Source: Neoconidiobolus thromboides FSU 785
Lineage: Eukaryota; Fungi; Entomophthoromycota
Length of the DNA stretch: 64,000 bases
Assembly (NCBI GenBank): GCA_025603075.1
Contig: MU626316.1
Coordinates: 46,699 to 110,698, forward strand
Direction: 5' to 3'
This document shows positions 13,036-25,244 of this stretch, piece after piece. The position numbers and the translations under genes are program-made. Every line of letters begins with the position of its first letter. Position 1 is the stretch's first letter. The notes beneath the pieces were generated by a model, which was given only the letters and a program-made list of their open reading frames with translations, did not search any database and was not told the DNA's origin.

Positions 13036-14674
13036 ATATATTATATTACTTTTATTGTGTAAAACTATCAAATAATTAAAAATAAATAGTTGATAAAGTT
13101 CAACTTATATATCTTACTAATTTTTTGTTAAAACTTCAAAATATTTTCAGTCTCTTGCGCCTTTTTCAATACAAATTGTAGTTGATTTGTTTTTTACTAT
13201 ATTAGTAAACTACATTTTACTCTTACTAACGTTTTGATGTCTTTCCTCCAAATTTCAACTACCTACATTCACCTCTTTCTCCCTTATGTCCTTACATCGA
13301 GCTTTTGTTATAATTCAAAGCTTTGAACCACATATATTGCAACTCATTATCTGCTAACCATAAAATAGCTTCCCTAATATCCCCCCTTCTATTCTTCCTT
13401 CATAGATTGCGTTACATAAAATGCAGTTCCAAGCCAACGAAGACAGTTTCGCTTAATTAAGAACTGACCAATTATAACTTAAGTACCTTTCTATAACTCT
13501 TTAGTCCCTTTTCCTCCATCCCGGTTCTTTTTCTGCTCATTGTCCCCTTTATCAATCAGGTTATCATTTGATTTTTCTTGAAAAAATAAAACACTTGGGA
13601 ATTCTGTTTTTTCAATATTTTAAAAAAAATTTAGAAGCTAAAAATTGCTTGAGTTGAATATACAGCATTCAAACACATCATTTAATCTGGATAATTTGTA
13701 TCGTTTTTCATTTTAGCTAGCTGTTTAATTAAAGTGTGATAAAAGTATTATAGCGTAGAGTATTAATCAAAAATAAGTAAACATTTTTCCTTACACTTTT
13801 ATATTAGTAGTCTATGTAAATAAACAATATTGAATAAAATAAAAAAGGTATTGATTTGAAAATCATAGAATCAAATACAAATTAGGTAAATTACAAGTTC
13901 GAAGTTATAGGCTAGCTGCATTTAGATGACATTATTTTTTTAATTTGCCAAAATTTGTCTTATACCAATTTAAAGATTTTATAGAAAATTATGTCTTGAA
14001 TTCGTATAAAATAAATTCTTAGTAGATTGAAAAATAGGAAAACATTTAAATACAAATAGTTCTAACCATACTCAAAATAAAAAGTCAGTTTGATTTCGAA
14101 TTGCGTTATATCAGATTCCAATAAATTTATAAAAGTTTGCATTGGAATCAAAGCTAAGTAGTTCAAAGTTGGGTATTTTTATAATGACAGCTACTATACT
14201 TAGACTGAATTTGATTTTAATCTAAGCTATCTCAAAGTTCAATTTTGGATCAATATTAAACTTCCAACTTAATTTAAACTTCTTACAACAAGACTTCTAT
14301 ACTTATTGATGACCTTAAGCTTTAATCCAATGACCTGGGTATTTTTTGGATTGTTCTATCAATTATAATAATTGTTGATTAAGCATCAAAGATATATAAA
14401 CAAGCGTTTCTTTATCAGAATTTGAGGACAAGGTTAAAAAGGTTTGTAAGTTTGATCCTAGACTCCAAAGTCAAACATTTCAAGTCGTACCATAGAAAGT
14501 TATCAACTTTTGAATGTTTTTAATGAGAGAAATATAATCTTATTATATTAGCTATAAAAAAGTGATTTAAAAATTAAAAATTACGAAGCCTTAAATTACT
14601 GTGTATAAAAACTACAAAATCTTTCAGTTTTTCAATCTCTGTTTTTATTGACATTTTAATAATGTTAAAATAAG

Positions 14675-15850
14675 AATTGAACATCATAAACTATTTCATC
14701 AATATAGAAGAATTGTTATCGAATTTATAACTAATCGTGAGCTACCATACTTTACAAAAATAGTGATCTCAATTATAGTTATAATAACCTTTTTATGATA
14801 TTATTATTTTATTGATGATAATGCTGATTTAGAAATTCAAGTTAATAATTCAAATGATAAATGGTGAAAAAAAGCTACTTAAAACAATAACACTGGTCTT
14901 GGTTTTGAAGCTACTCACTGATTACTCTAAGTTAAATTGTCATGTTATCTTAAGTACATCAAGTAAAGAAATAAAAAATGATTCTAATAAATAACATCAA
15001 TTAAAAATGTGTTGTTCATAAGGAAAAGCAGAACTAGAAATTGGGAATATAGACTATGAAGTAGAACCAGATAATGAGATACAATTTTTGATGTTAGGTC
15101 TCATCAGCTTTATTTTTATGAGAGGATCCACTAATGAGCTTAAAAATTAAACTATTTCAATTAAATGTATTAGTTAATAATGGTAGTATAATGAGGACCA
15201 GAGAGTTTCAAACAAGTCAAGTTAGGTTGAAAGTAAGCCTTCAAGTGAACTATTTAGGTCCTTTTTTATTACATAAGTTGTTAAATCATGAACTTGTCAA
15301 TGCTAAAAAATTTAAAATTATTGATTTATCCTCCATGAGTTGCTATATATTAATTATGTTTCATCAATATTTCTATGAAAGTGATTTTTGTTTATTAGTT
15401 TCCAACAGTAACTTTGAAGACATCAATGTTTAGAGTAAACATAGTAGTGTAAAATATTATGCAAAATCAAAAGCAGCATAATTATGAGTACTTATGTGTT
15501 CAAGAGACATATCTCATATCAAGATCAATATGAGTTTAAAGTCATAGAAAACAACCAAAGTAGTAGTACCGATTCGTCTTTGTTCTCTTAGGTCATATCG
15601 TCTATTCAAAATGAGTTAAAATGTAGTTATTATATTATGATTTTAAATATCAAAAAGGAGTGGATAGCTCTGTAAGTTTATTTATGAAGACTGATTTACA
15701 AGAAGCATTAACTACGTTAAAATTAACGTTCTTAGATGGAATAATATAATGACTCCCTTCATCTTTCGAATGAGTTTATCCAACTAAGCCATTGAATCAA
15801 AGAGGTTGAATTGTAAGATCAATTATGGAGTTTATATAATAAAATTAATA
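14675..15850 (+). pseudogene. SDR-D pseudogene
   Basis: Remnants LPYFTK, NNTGLGFEATH*, LNVLVNNGSIM, QVNYLGPFLL, YAKSKAA, QLWSL with stops and frameshifts. Boundaries approximate. Confidence 0.8.
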
Positions 15851-16042
15851 ATAAACTAATAAGACCATAGATCTTACACTTAAAAATGACAAATTTTACT
15901 AAATTTATAAAAGTAAGTTAGAAATATATACTATTGAATTATTTAATTTCATTGATAATTAAGAGGCAAAGTGTTAGCTTGAGGGTAGGTAGGGGGTAGT
16001 AAAATAGAAATAGAAATTAAGTTACTATCAAATTCAGCTTAT

Positions 16043-16139
16043 GGGGATGTATTTTTTGTCTAAGAATGTTGCTACCAATTTTTCCGCTCAAATAGTGCTT
16101 AAAAGATCGAAAAAGTAATGAAATCAAAAAAACATCCCC
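16043..16139 (+). mobile_element. MITE copy in PY4
   Basis: TSD TTAT/TTAT. Confidence 0.92.
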
Positions 16140-16506
16140 TTATCTTTCTTTAGCTTCCAACTCTTCAAATCTAGTTGTAGTGATTGAGTTTGATCGAATA
16201 TAATCAGATTAACTTCTGATAGATCTTAATGACTGTATAAAAAGCCAGAATCAATACAATTAATAACTACAATAAATTGATCATAATAGAATAGAATATA
16301 AGTTTAGTTTTATTTGATTATAGATGATTACTAAAACGAGAGAAAAAGGTGGTAATATGTATAATACAATTAATTTCTCATAATAAATTATATCCAAGAC
16401 TAATCATAGAATAAAGGGTGTAAAGAGAAAATCTAGAAGATAGCTAAATGTTTTTATTATACCTTACTTTAACTTTAACTTTATCTTTTCTTGTTCATTA
16501 CCATAT

Positions 16507-16605
16507 GGGGCTGTATTTTTGTGTTTGAGAATTTTACTAACAAATTTTCCACTCAAATAGCACTTAAAAGATAGAAAAAGTGATGAAGCCAAAAAAAATA
16601 CCCCC
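16507..16605 (+). mobile_element. MITE copy in PY4
   Basis: TSD ATAT/ATAT. Confidence 0.9.
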
Positions 16606-17071
16606 ATATACTATTATTTTACAGATAACATAATTCTATCTACTTTTAATGACATAATTTGCCATTTTAATCTTAATATTATTAGCCATATAGATAACAT
16701 ACATGATATGAATAATTAAAGGGAAAAAACCGATAAAGAAAAACTCTGTATAGTGATAAAAGTTATTATTAAATTTATTGAATTTTTTCTATGTGCTCTT
16801 AGAGTTATTTTTGAAAAATTAAATTAATATTTAATTTGAAATTTATTTTTAATTAATTTTTCAACTTAAAAAGGAATTAAATAGTAATAATATCAAACAT
16901 TATTATTATCTTTATTAATAAAGTTACCCTTGTTTAACTTACAATCAATGAGTTATTTTAATATTGAACTTTAATAAGTGAATATTGGTGGACTTGGTTT
17001 ATATGGAATATTTTGATTATGTTAAATAGTATTTGTTGGTAAATACTCGAGCAAAAATCCAGTTAGAATAT

Positions 17072-17164
17072 AGGAGTGTTTTTTTGATTATTTTTTCCAC
17101 TTTTTAAGCGCTATTTAAGTAGAAAGATTATTAATAAAATTCTTAAACACAAAAATACATCCCC
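17072..17164 (-). mobile_element. MITE copy (small internal deletion) ~180 bp upstream of TSC13
   Basis: TSD ATAT/ATAT. Confidence 0.88.
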
Positions 17165-17344
17165 ATATCTTACCCACTTTTCATTAAAAAACGACATTAT
17201 TTTCCGAGTTTTTTTCAAGATTATTTTCCAACCAATGGAAAAACAAATTTGAGAAAAAATTGAATAAAAGGGTTGATTACATCAATAAAAGGAAAAATAG
17301 AATAGAATCTCAATTTATCTTTCTTCTAAAAAATACAATTCAAG

Positions 17345-18645
17345 ATGAAGTTAACAATTCAAGAAAAAAGATATCAATCTAAAGTCATTGAAATTAATAA
17401 ACAAGAAGATAAGGTAACAATCCAAGATTTAAAAAACCAAATTGTTCAACAATGTAAGTTTAAGATTGATTATTAATCAACCCTTTTTGAATATGCATGT
17501 TCATTTTTATTTTTTAGTTCCAAAACTTACAATTGAACGACAACGTATTAAATTCAATGGTAATTATAATCAAAAATCATTATTTTAAGATTTATTAACA
17601 TTGGTACTTTTTTTATCAGATAAAGTGATCTCTAATGAAAGTAGCGAAACTTGTTTAGTTACCTTTGGTATTAAAGATGGAGGTAAGTTCACTTATTTAA
17701 CTGAAATTTTGTGTCATTAACTCATATTTCAATAGCTCAAATTAGTTTAAAAGATTTAGGGCCTCAAATCAGTTGGAGAACTGTATTTTTGGTGGAATAT
17801 TTGGGACCTATTTTATTACATCCTTTATTTTATTATGGACAAGAAGTATTTTATGGAACCAAGTTTGAACATTCCGAATTACAAAAGTAAGTAACTTTGA
17901 ATCATATCGATTTTTTAAGTTTTGAATTGATATCTTTTTTAATATTTAATACTTTATTCATACTCTCCTTAGGACTGTCTTAGTTCTATTCTTAATTCAT
18001 TTCATGAAACGTGAATATGAAACTTTATTTGTTCATCGATTTTCTCATGGTACTATGCCACTGTTTAATTTATTCAAAAATAGTTTTCATTATCATGTAC
18101 TATCCGGTATTTTACCAGCTTATTTTTATTATTCTCAATCAATTGCTAAAGCTACTTTGGGTCTTCAATTAAATAATTATCACTATTTTTGTGTGGTATT
18201 ATTTATGGTAAGTAGATAAAGTTAATATTGCCAGAAAAATTACATTAATTAATATATTACATTTATCATAGTTTGCTGAAGTATCTAATTTTATTTGTCA
18301 TTATTCATTAAGAAATTTGCGTCCACCGGGTACTAAAGAACGTAAAATACCTTACGGTTATGGATTTGAATTAGTATCCTGTCCAAATTATTTTTTTGAG
18401 ATATTGGCTTGGTTTTCAGTCACCTTATTAACGAACCATTGGTCTAGTAAGTTAATTCTCTTTTAAATTTAAAATGAATGATAAGGTATGTTTACTAATA
18501 ATCTCTTCTTTTTTTAGTTTGGTTATTTTTATTCGTTTCCACTGCTCAAATGTACGTTTGGGCTATTAAAAAACACAGACAATACAAGAAAGAATTCCCT
18601 AATTATCCTAAAAGTAGAAAGGCTATTTTCCCCTTCTTAATTTAG
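17345..18645 (+). CDS. TSC13: Very-long-chain enoyl-CoA reductase (multi-exon)
   Basis: N-terminal ubiquitin-like region, then [68 protein letters not shown]. Confidence 0.93.
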
Positions 18646-19078
18646 ATAAGGGAATCGATAAAATAAAAATTCAATAGTAATTATTTCCTCGAATTTTTAT
18701 ATGATATATTGATTTTAGACGTGTTAAATAATAATAGCAAGTTGATAAGGGATAATATCAACAAGTGATTGATTTAAAATAATGAAAGGCTAAACATAAA
18801 AAAGAAATAAATTTACAAAAATTATAAAAACTGAAAGTTTATTTATTTATCTGTTTATCTTTGTTATTTGTTTCTTAAATAAAATAATATTAATATTAAA
18901 TTTATATTCTTTTTATTATAAATCTTTATTGACAACTTGGAATCCCAATTTTGAAATTTAAAAGCTAAGAAATAGGAATTCAATTCATTGGCTAAATTTA
19001 TTATGTAGTTTAAATACAGAATAATTATATAAAATTTCATCACTTTTTAATTTAATATATATATTCAATTTAATTATA

Positions 19079-20512
19079 ATGAATTTACCACGACCATTAA
19101 TAAAAGATGTATCATATTTAGATAAAAAAATCAATCAAGTCAATCAAATTACATGGTTAATAAAAGATATTAAGTTGATTGTATTAACAATAATAACTTT
19201 GTTTTTCGATTTATTTAATAAAGTAGAAAAAGAAACTTATAAACAACAAGTTGAAAAGTAAGTATTGAAGTTTTTATTAATAATTTACTTTTTTTAATCT
19301 TTTTAAATAGCTATATTGAATATGGTAAACAAGAGTTAGCGAAAGATAACAAAAAGAAAGTAGCTATTGTTACTGGTAAGAAAAAATAAATAAATAAATT
19401 AAAAATGAATGACAAAACCTGAATTATTTATTTATCTATTTATTTAGGTGCTACCTCTGGACTTGGATTAAAATCAAGTATATCATTATTAAAAATGGGA
19501 TACAAAGTAATCTTCGGTAATATTTCTTTAATTTTCATTATTATTAAATAGATAAATAAATAATATTAATAACAAATTTTGAATAGCGTGTAGAAATCAA
19601 ATAAAATATGAAGCTATTATAAAACAGATAGAACTTGAAATGGAATTAAATCAACAAGATGTTTGTTTTTTTGAATTAAATTTGATGAACTTAAACTCGG
19701 TTAAGCAATTTTGTTATAAAATCAATAAACAAGTAGAGAAAATTGATTTATTTATAGGTATTTACTATTTTATTATAATATTTTATAATTAATTTTGTTA
19801 GCTAACGCAGGTATTATGGAATTAAGCTCAAGTAAGTTAAGTGAACAAAGACTGGAACAACATTTTCAAGTGGTAAGTATTGAATAATAATATATAACAA
19901 TAATATATAATATAAATAGAATTATTTATCCAATTATTTGATAACTAAATTATTATTAAATAAATTAGTAAAATATAATACAAAGATTATATTTATTGGT
20001 TCTTTAGTTCATTGGGGAGGTAATATTATTTTATTATATTGTATTTTATTATTCATTATAATTTGATTTGATTAGTTACTAATTTTGATTTAACTTCATT
20101 TGAACCAACTCGATTTTGGGATGCAAGTAATGGCTATGCGCAATCCAAATTAGCCTTAATTATTTTAGCTAATTATTTAAGAACTGAATATAATTTAAAT
20201 GGTAGTTAATTTATTTAGCATATATTACCATATAACAATTAATATTATTCTTTTATGATCTTTCTAGTTTGTGTTAGTGATCCAGGTACAATTGGAACTA
20301 ATTTATTTCAAAGTATACCATTGTCATTCGTATTTACTTGTTTATTAAGGCCAGTGGAGGCGGGTACTATTTCAGTATTAAGAAATCTATTTTTAAATAT
20401 CAATTACTGTATGTTGGAAAATGAAATTATACCATCTCATTTAGCTTTTAATCAACAAAATCAACTTGATTTAATTACCTTTTCAGATACTTTAATAATG
20501 GGATTTGAGTGA
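19079..20512 (+). CDS. Divergent RDH-type SDR (multi-exon), SDR-E
   Basis: Spliced motifs KVAIVTGATSGLG, ACRN, ANAGIM, NGYAQSK, SDPGTIGT. Confidence 0.82.
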
Positions 20513-23500
20513 ATGGAAGATAAAAGGGTTTTTAAAAGTACAAATAAAATATAATTTTATTATATTTAAATTAAAGTAAGTTTAATAATATATTTTAAAG
20601 TCCATATTTCTAGCTTTAAATCTTATTATGATTTTAATCTTTATTTATTTGAATTTTGAATTTTTTCAAAAACATATTGTGTTTCTAATTGGTTGATTAT
20701 ACAAAAAATAAACAAAAGAGAACTAGGATATAATGATACAAGAGACAGTCTATTTGACGAGTATAGTATACCCACTACAATTATTAGATAATCTAATTAT
20801 GAAAAAGAAGTCTTAAATCCAATTAATTTTCTACACTATAAAAAGTGAAAACATTAAAAGAATAAAAGAAGATATCGTAGATGGTAGTTTGATATGAGCA
20901 CGATAAATGGAGTAAAAGGCAGATATATTAATGGAAGGATTTAAGAGATATAAAGTAAGACTAACATCCAATATAAAAGAATAAAATTTAAGAGACCTAA
21001 TAAGAATATCAATGATGTATAATTACCTTAAGTTGAAAAATAGAACAAATAAAAAAGGGATCAACAATACTACCTTTAGTATTACCATAAAATTGATAGC
21101 TGAAATCCACTTCAGGTTTGTGACTATGGATTTCAACCCTAATAAGAAATACATTGTAACCCAAACACTATATTAAAGACTTATGTTTATTATTCATTCC
21201 TCTTTACTTCGAGTAAGTTTTGTGAACTAAGTCGAAAGTAAAAGTCAGAATATAAAATTAGGGACAATATTACAAAAGATTTGAGAAACGATTGTCCAAA
21301 ACACTGTCTTTAGATCATTATTAAAAATAGAAACCAGATCCAGTTAATACATTTAAAAAAACCACCAACATTTTTTGAGAAGGAAGTATATCCAATTTGA
21401 AATTTAGAATTTTATTAATAACACAAAGTATATTAAGATTCTTCCATAAAATTAGTATCAAGTGTTAGTATTATGGACAATTGGATTTGTTGATAAAACG
21501 TTAAACTTACTTGATGAGTAAGATATGATCCATAAACTTAATAATTACGAAATACAACCCTCTACCTTTTTAATAAATATATAAATTATCGAATCCACTT
21601 TTATTTGTATTTATTTATATATTAGAATTATTAGATTCGAAATTATATGGACAACTTTTTTTAAATCTACTGATTTAATAAGAAAAGGGAGTGATTTCAT
21701 TTAAAAATAGAGACATTTCAAGGAAGTCCATAAAGAACGAGTTGTTTTGAATTTGTGAAAGGAATTTTAAATCAAGTACCTATCTAAATCTATTATAATA
21801 GTAAACGCAGTAATTTGAACATATTTATCTCTAAGGTTTACCAGAGTTACCTATTTAAGAAACATTATCTGAAGCATCGGAAAAGAATCAATAAATTTCA
21901 AAGTGACATTCTAAAAGGTTCAACGAAGGATTGGGACAGTGATAAAGCAAAAAGGACGAGTGAGAATTAGTTAAAAAAATCAAGTAAGAGATCAGTAGCC
22001 ATCTCAAAGTTAAAATATTATGAGCTGCGGGTTGCTAAGGTCCCTTTAGTAACCCAATTGGAGATGAAATCCAAAGTTTTACTGAAAGAATAATTAATAA
22101 ATTTATGAAAAGTGATATCATTTTTTTGACTACAGTTAGACAGACAATTGCCGCTAACTAATGATTTATAGTGTTTTATTTGTGCTAATGAAAAGAAGCT
22201 ATCAAAGGAAACTTTTCATAAAGCGATAAATAGTTTTGAATTAATGTTGTTATTCTTGGACAGCGTAACTCATGAATATCAATATTATTAGTATTAGAAA
22301 AAAATAAAAAAATAAGAAATTAAATTAATTTTTTAAATGTGTGATTTACTATTTTTGTTTATTTTTTTAATACAATTTTAGCATAAGAGTACAGGCAAAT
22401 ATCCAAAAGGTTGATGTATTATCAAAAACTGGAATTACTTTTATATTAAGAAAGAAGCGATTAATAAAGCAAATGCTTTGAATTTCTATTCATTAATGAG
22501 AAGTACTAAAATAGTAAGTATTCTAAAAATTAGTTTATGAAAACTAACTTCTAAGTTTTCAGTAATGAGCTCTTATCCTTGTAGTTCAAGTCTAACAACG
22601 TATGCCAAAATTCATCTTAACAATTCTAGAAGCAAAAGAAAAGATTTTAGTGATAATTTAAATGTTAAAATTTATTAAGCTGTTTGTTATATTCCATTAA
22701 GATTGTATAAGTATAGAGAATTTACTAAATATAGGAAAGCTTTAAGTAGTCATTGAAGGGCTAAGACTAATTAATAGACTACCTAAAATATTCTATGATT
22801 TAAATAAGCGTAAAAAGTTGGAATGTATTCATTTACCCTTTCTTTTTGGTCCATTCCTTTGATGAGAGCATTCTCCCTCTGTTGACTATTTTTTAATTAA
22901 TTAATAATTTTATCATATAAAATAATAGCAATAATAGATACTTAAAGAGGTTAATTTTAAATAATAAACTCGAATTTAAATAAAAAAGTAAGTTGTTAGT
23001 ATGCTTTATAAAACAAAGTTTTTAATTTTTATTTAATATACTTAGAGCATTATTAAATATAATAGGATAAAAAAATATCACTATAATATTAGCAACTATA
23101 GAATTGCAAAAAAAACTTATAGATTTATAAATATAGAACTTATGAACTTAAATTAAGATTAAGTTGTAATTAGCTATTTATTATTGAGTGGGTATGTAGT
23201 TTATATGTTTCAAATATAGTTAAAATAAACATTTTTAGTTTATTTAAAATATTCAAGAGATTGTAATTGGTAAAACATCATATATTACGAATTAAAAAAA
23301 TCATTTAACTAAACTATAATAGTAAAATGTTTGGATGTATTGAATTAACTAAAAAAAATTGTTTTAAAATTGTTATTGTTATAAAACTAAATAATAGTAC
23401 AGTTTAATAAATCTCATCATAGAACAAATAATAAGAAACATTATAAATAATGAAATTAAAATAATACTATAATAATGCCCAATTAAATATTCATAGCAAT

Positions 23501-23900
23501 ACCTTAAAAAATACAAAAGTGGACTTATGTTCTTAAAAAATTTAAATTAAGAAAAAAAAGTAAAGTCCATATCCACTATTTAATATATCAATTAATAAAT
23601 TGCAATTTATTAATTTTTGTTATTATTATCATCACTGTTCTATTTTTACATTAAAATAATTTATTTCCAAATGAGTTAGTAAAAAAAATAAAAACTTGAT
23701 TACACAAGACTATTAAAAAATTAAAAATGTAGCAAAAAGATTAAACTTAAAAAAAACTAAGAAATTTATTATCATTAGAAATACATTATAATGAACAACA
23801 CTACTACTTTAAAAAAGTTCAACAGATATCGGCTTTAAATACGAAAAATATTTTTTAATACATGGAATACAACTAAAAAAACTTAAATTTTTAGTTCAAT

Positions 23901-25244
23901 TTAATTATACGATTCACTATTATCCATTCCAGAGTTATACTGGAACTCATCTTCATTAAAATAATTCCCCGTTTCGGTTAAATTTTGCTGAATGGTAGGC
24001 AACGATAAAGAGCGTGACCTATCAAAGGAGAATGGATCTTTCATATGTAGACTATTATAAGCTAAATTAAAAGGGTCACCTTGACCATGTAAATTTGATG
24101 GGGGATAAGTAGGTGTACGATTAGCATCGAATGATATTAAACTAGCTGATTGCCTTCTACTGGCTTCCAATTGAGTAGCACTAAGTTTTTGTACATTGGA
24201 AACTTGAGTTGGGCGAATAGTAGCTTTATTATTAAGCTCAGGTACTTGTTGTAATAAATCAAAAAATTGAGTTCTTAAAGCTTGAGCCTCCCCTCTTAAT
24301 ACATGACGAAGGATACGGCTTGCTTGTTGACCTTCTGAAAAATCAGGACAGGATACCCAAGTACCATTCATAAATGACGAAAATTCAGGGGCTTGGTTAA
24401 GATCAATAGTTAATTCAGAAGAAATACTGTCATTGAAACTTAATTCAATTTTTTCAACGTTACTAAAGGTAAAGCGAATTCGAAACTTCATATCCCCACT
24501 GCCAATCATCCACGACATTTGTTTACTTTCACATGAATATCCACATACCAATGTTTCGCCTCCGCTACCCATTCGTTGCCATGTTCCAATTGCTAAAATC
24601 ATACATGAAAGGATACCATTAGTATTACCAGTTGGGGCTTGATAAGATTCAAAAGTAGAAGTGGATACACCTTGAGGAGTTGAAAAGGCGGTACTATTAA
24701 CATCAAAATAAGGGGATTGAGCCATAAAAGGAGAAAATTGGTTGGTGTTAGGCATTGGGGTTGAATTGTAACCTTGTAAACCGATATTTAAACCATTTGA
24801 AGCATTAAATTCAGGAAATGGACCAGTTGATTTATCTCCCATAAAATTAGAACCAAAATCTTGACCTTTAGCGGCAAGGTAATGTTGACGTAAAGCTTCT
24901 TCTTGTAAAGCTAAAGTAGCTTTCCTTTGATTATTACGAATCTTAGCTCGACGATTTTGAAACCAAATTTGAATTGATCTTTCGGGCATATTAATGGCTT
25001 GAGAAATTAATAACCGATGTTTATGATTAGGGGAGCTATTGGTTTTAAAAGTTGCTTCCAAATAAGCCAGCTGACGTGGAGTTAACTTTGAACGTTTATT
25101 TTTACAAATATTGGCATCAGGACCAAGTTCTTCTAAATAAGCATTGAGACTCTTTTCATCTATTTTTAAACCAAAGGTATCATTATTGGTATTATTGGTA
25201 TTATTGTTATTATTAAGTTGTGTATAATTGACGTTTTGAAGCAT
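23901..25244 (-). CDS. Homeodomain transcription factor with a C-terminal conserved domain (Phx1/HOY1-like architecture)
   Basis: RSKLTPRQLAYLEATF...ERSIQIWFQNRRAK homeodomain. C-terminal LAIGTWQR...MSWMI...FRIRFTF block recalls fungal HOY1/Phx1-type proteins. Confidence 0.85.
   Translation of the reverse strand: MLQNVNYTQLNNNNNTNNTNNDTFGLKIDEKSLNAYLEELGPDANICKNKRSKLTPRQLAYLEATFKTNSSPNHKHRLLISQAINMPERSIQIWFQNRRAKIRNNQRKATLALQEEALRQHYLAAKGQDFGSNFMGDKSTGPFPEFNASNGLNIGLQGYNSTPMPNTNQFSPFMAQSPYFDVNSTAFSTPQGVSTSTFESYQAPTGNTNGILSCMILAIGTWQRMGSGGETLVCGYSCESKQMSWMIGSGDMKFRIRFTFSNVEKIELSFNDSISSELTIDLNQAPEFSSFMNGTWVSCPDFSEGQQASRILRHVLRGEAQALRTQFFDLLQQVPELNNKATIRPTQVSNVQKLSATQLEASRRQSASLISFDANRTPTYPPSNLHGQGDPFNLAYNSLHMKDPFSFDRSRSLSLPTIQQNLTETGNYFNEDEFQYNSGMDNSESYN

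Larger units (their letters stand above)
15943..16689 (-). pseudogene. PY4 pseudogene, interrupted by two MITEs
   Basis: With MITEs removed it reads NYVIKSR*NYVICKIIVYGNEQEKIKLK and QSLRSIRS*SDYIRSN...ER*AEF...LPPTYPQANTLPLNYQ*N*, colinear with PY2/PY3. Confidence 0.8.

Noticed and set aside
13200-13620. Coding-like minus-strand tract
   Set aside because: Multiple stops and no recognisable motif; may be a TE or gene relic but cannot be called.
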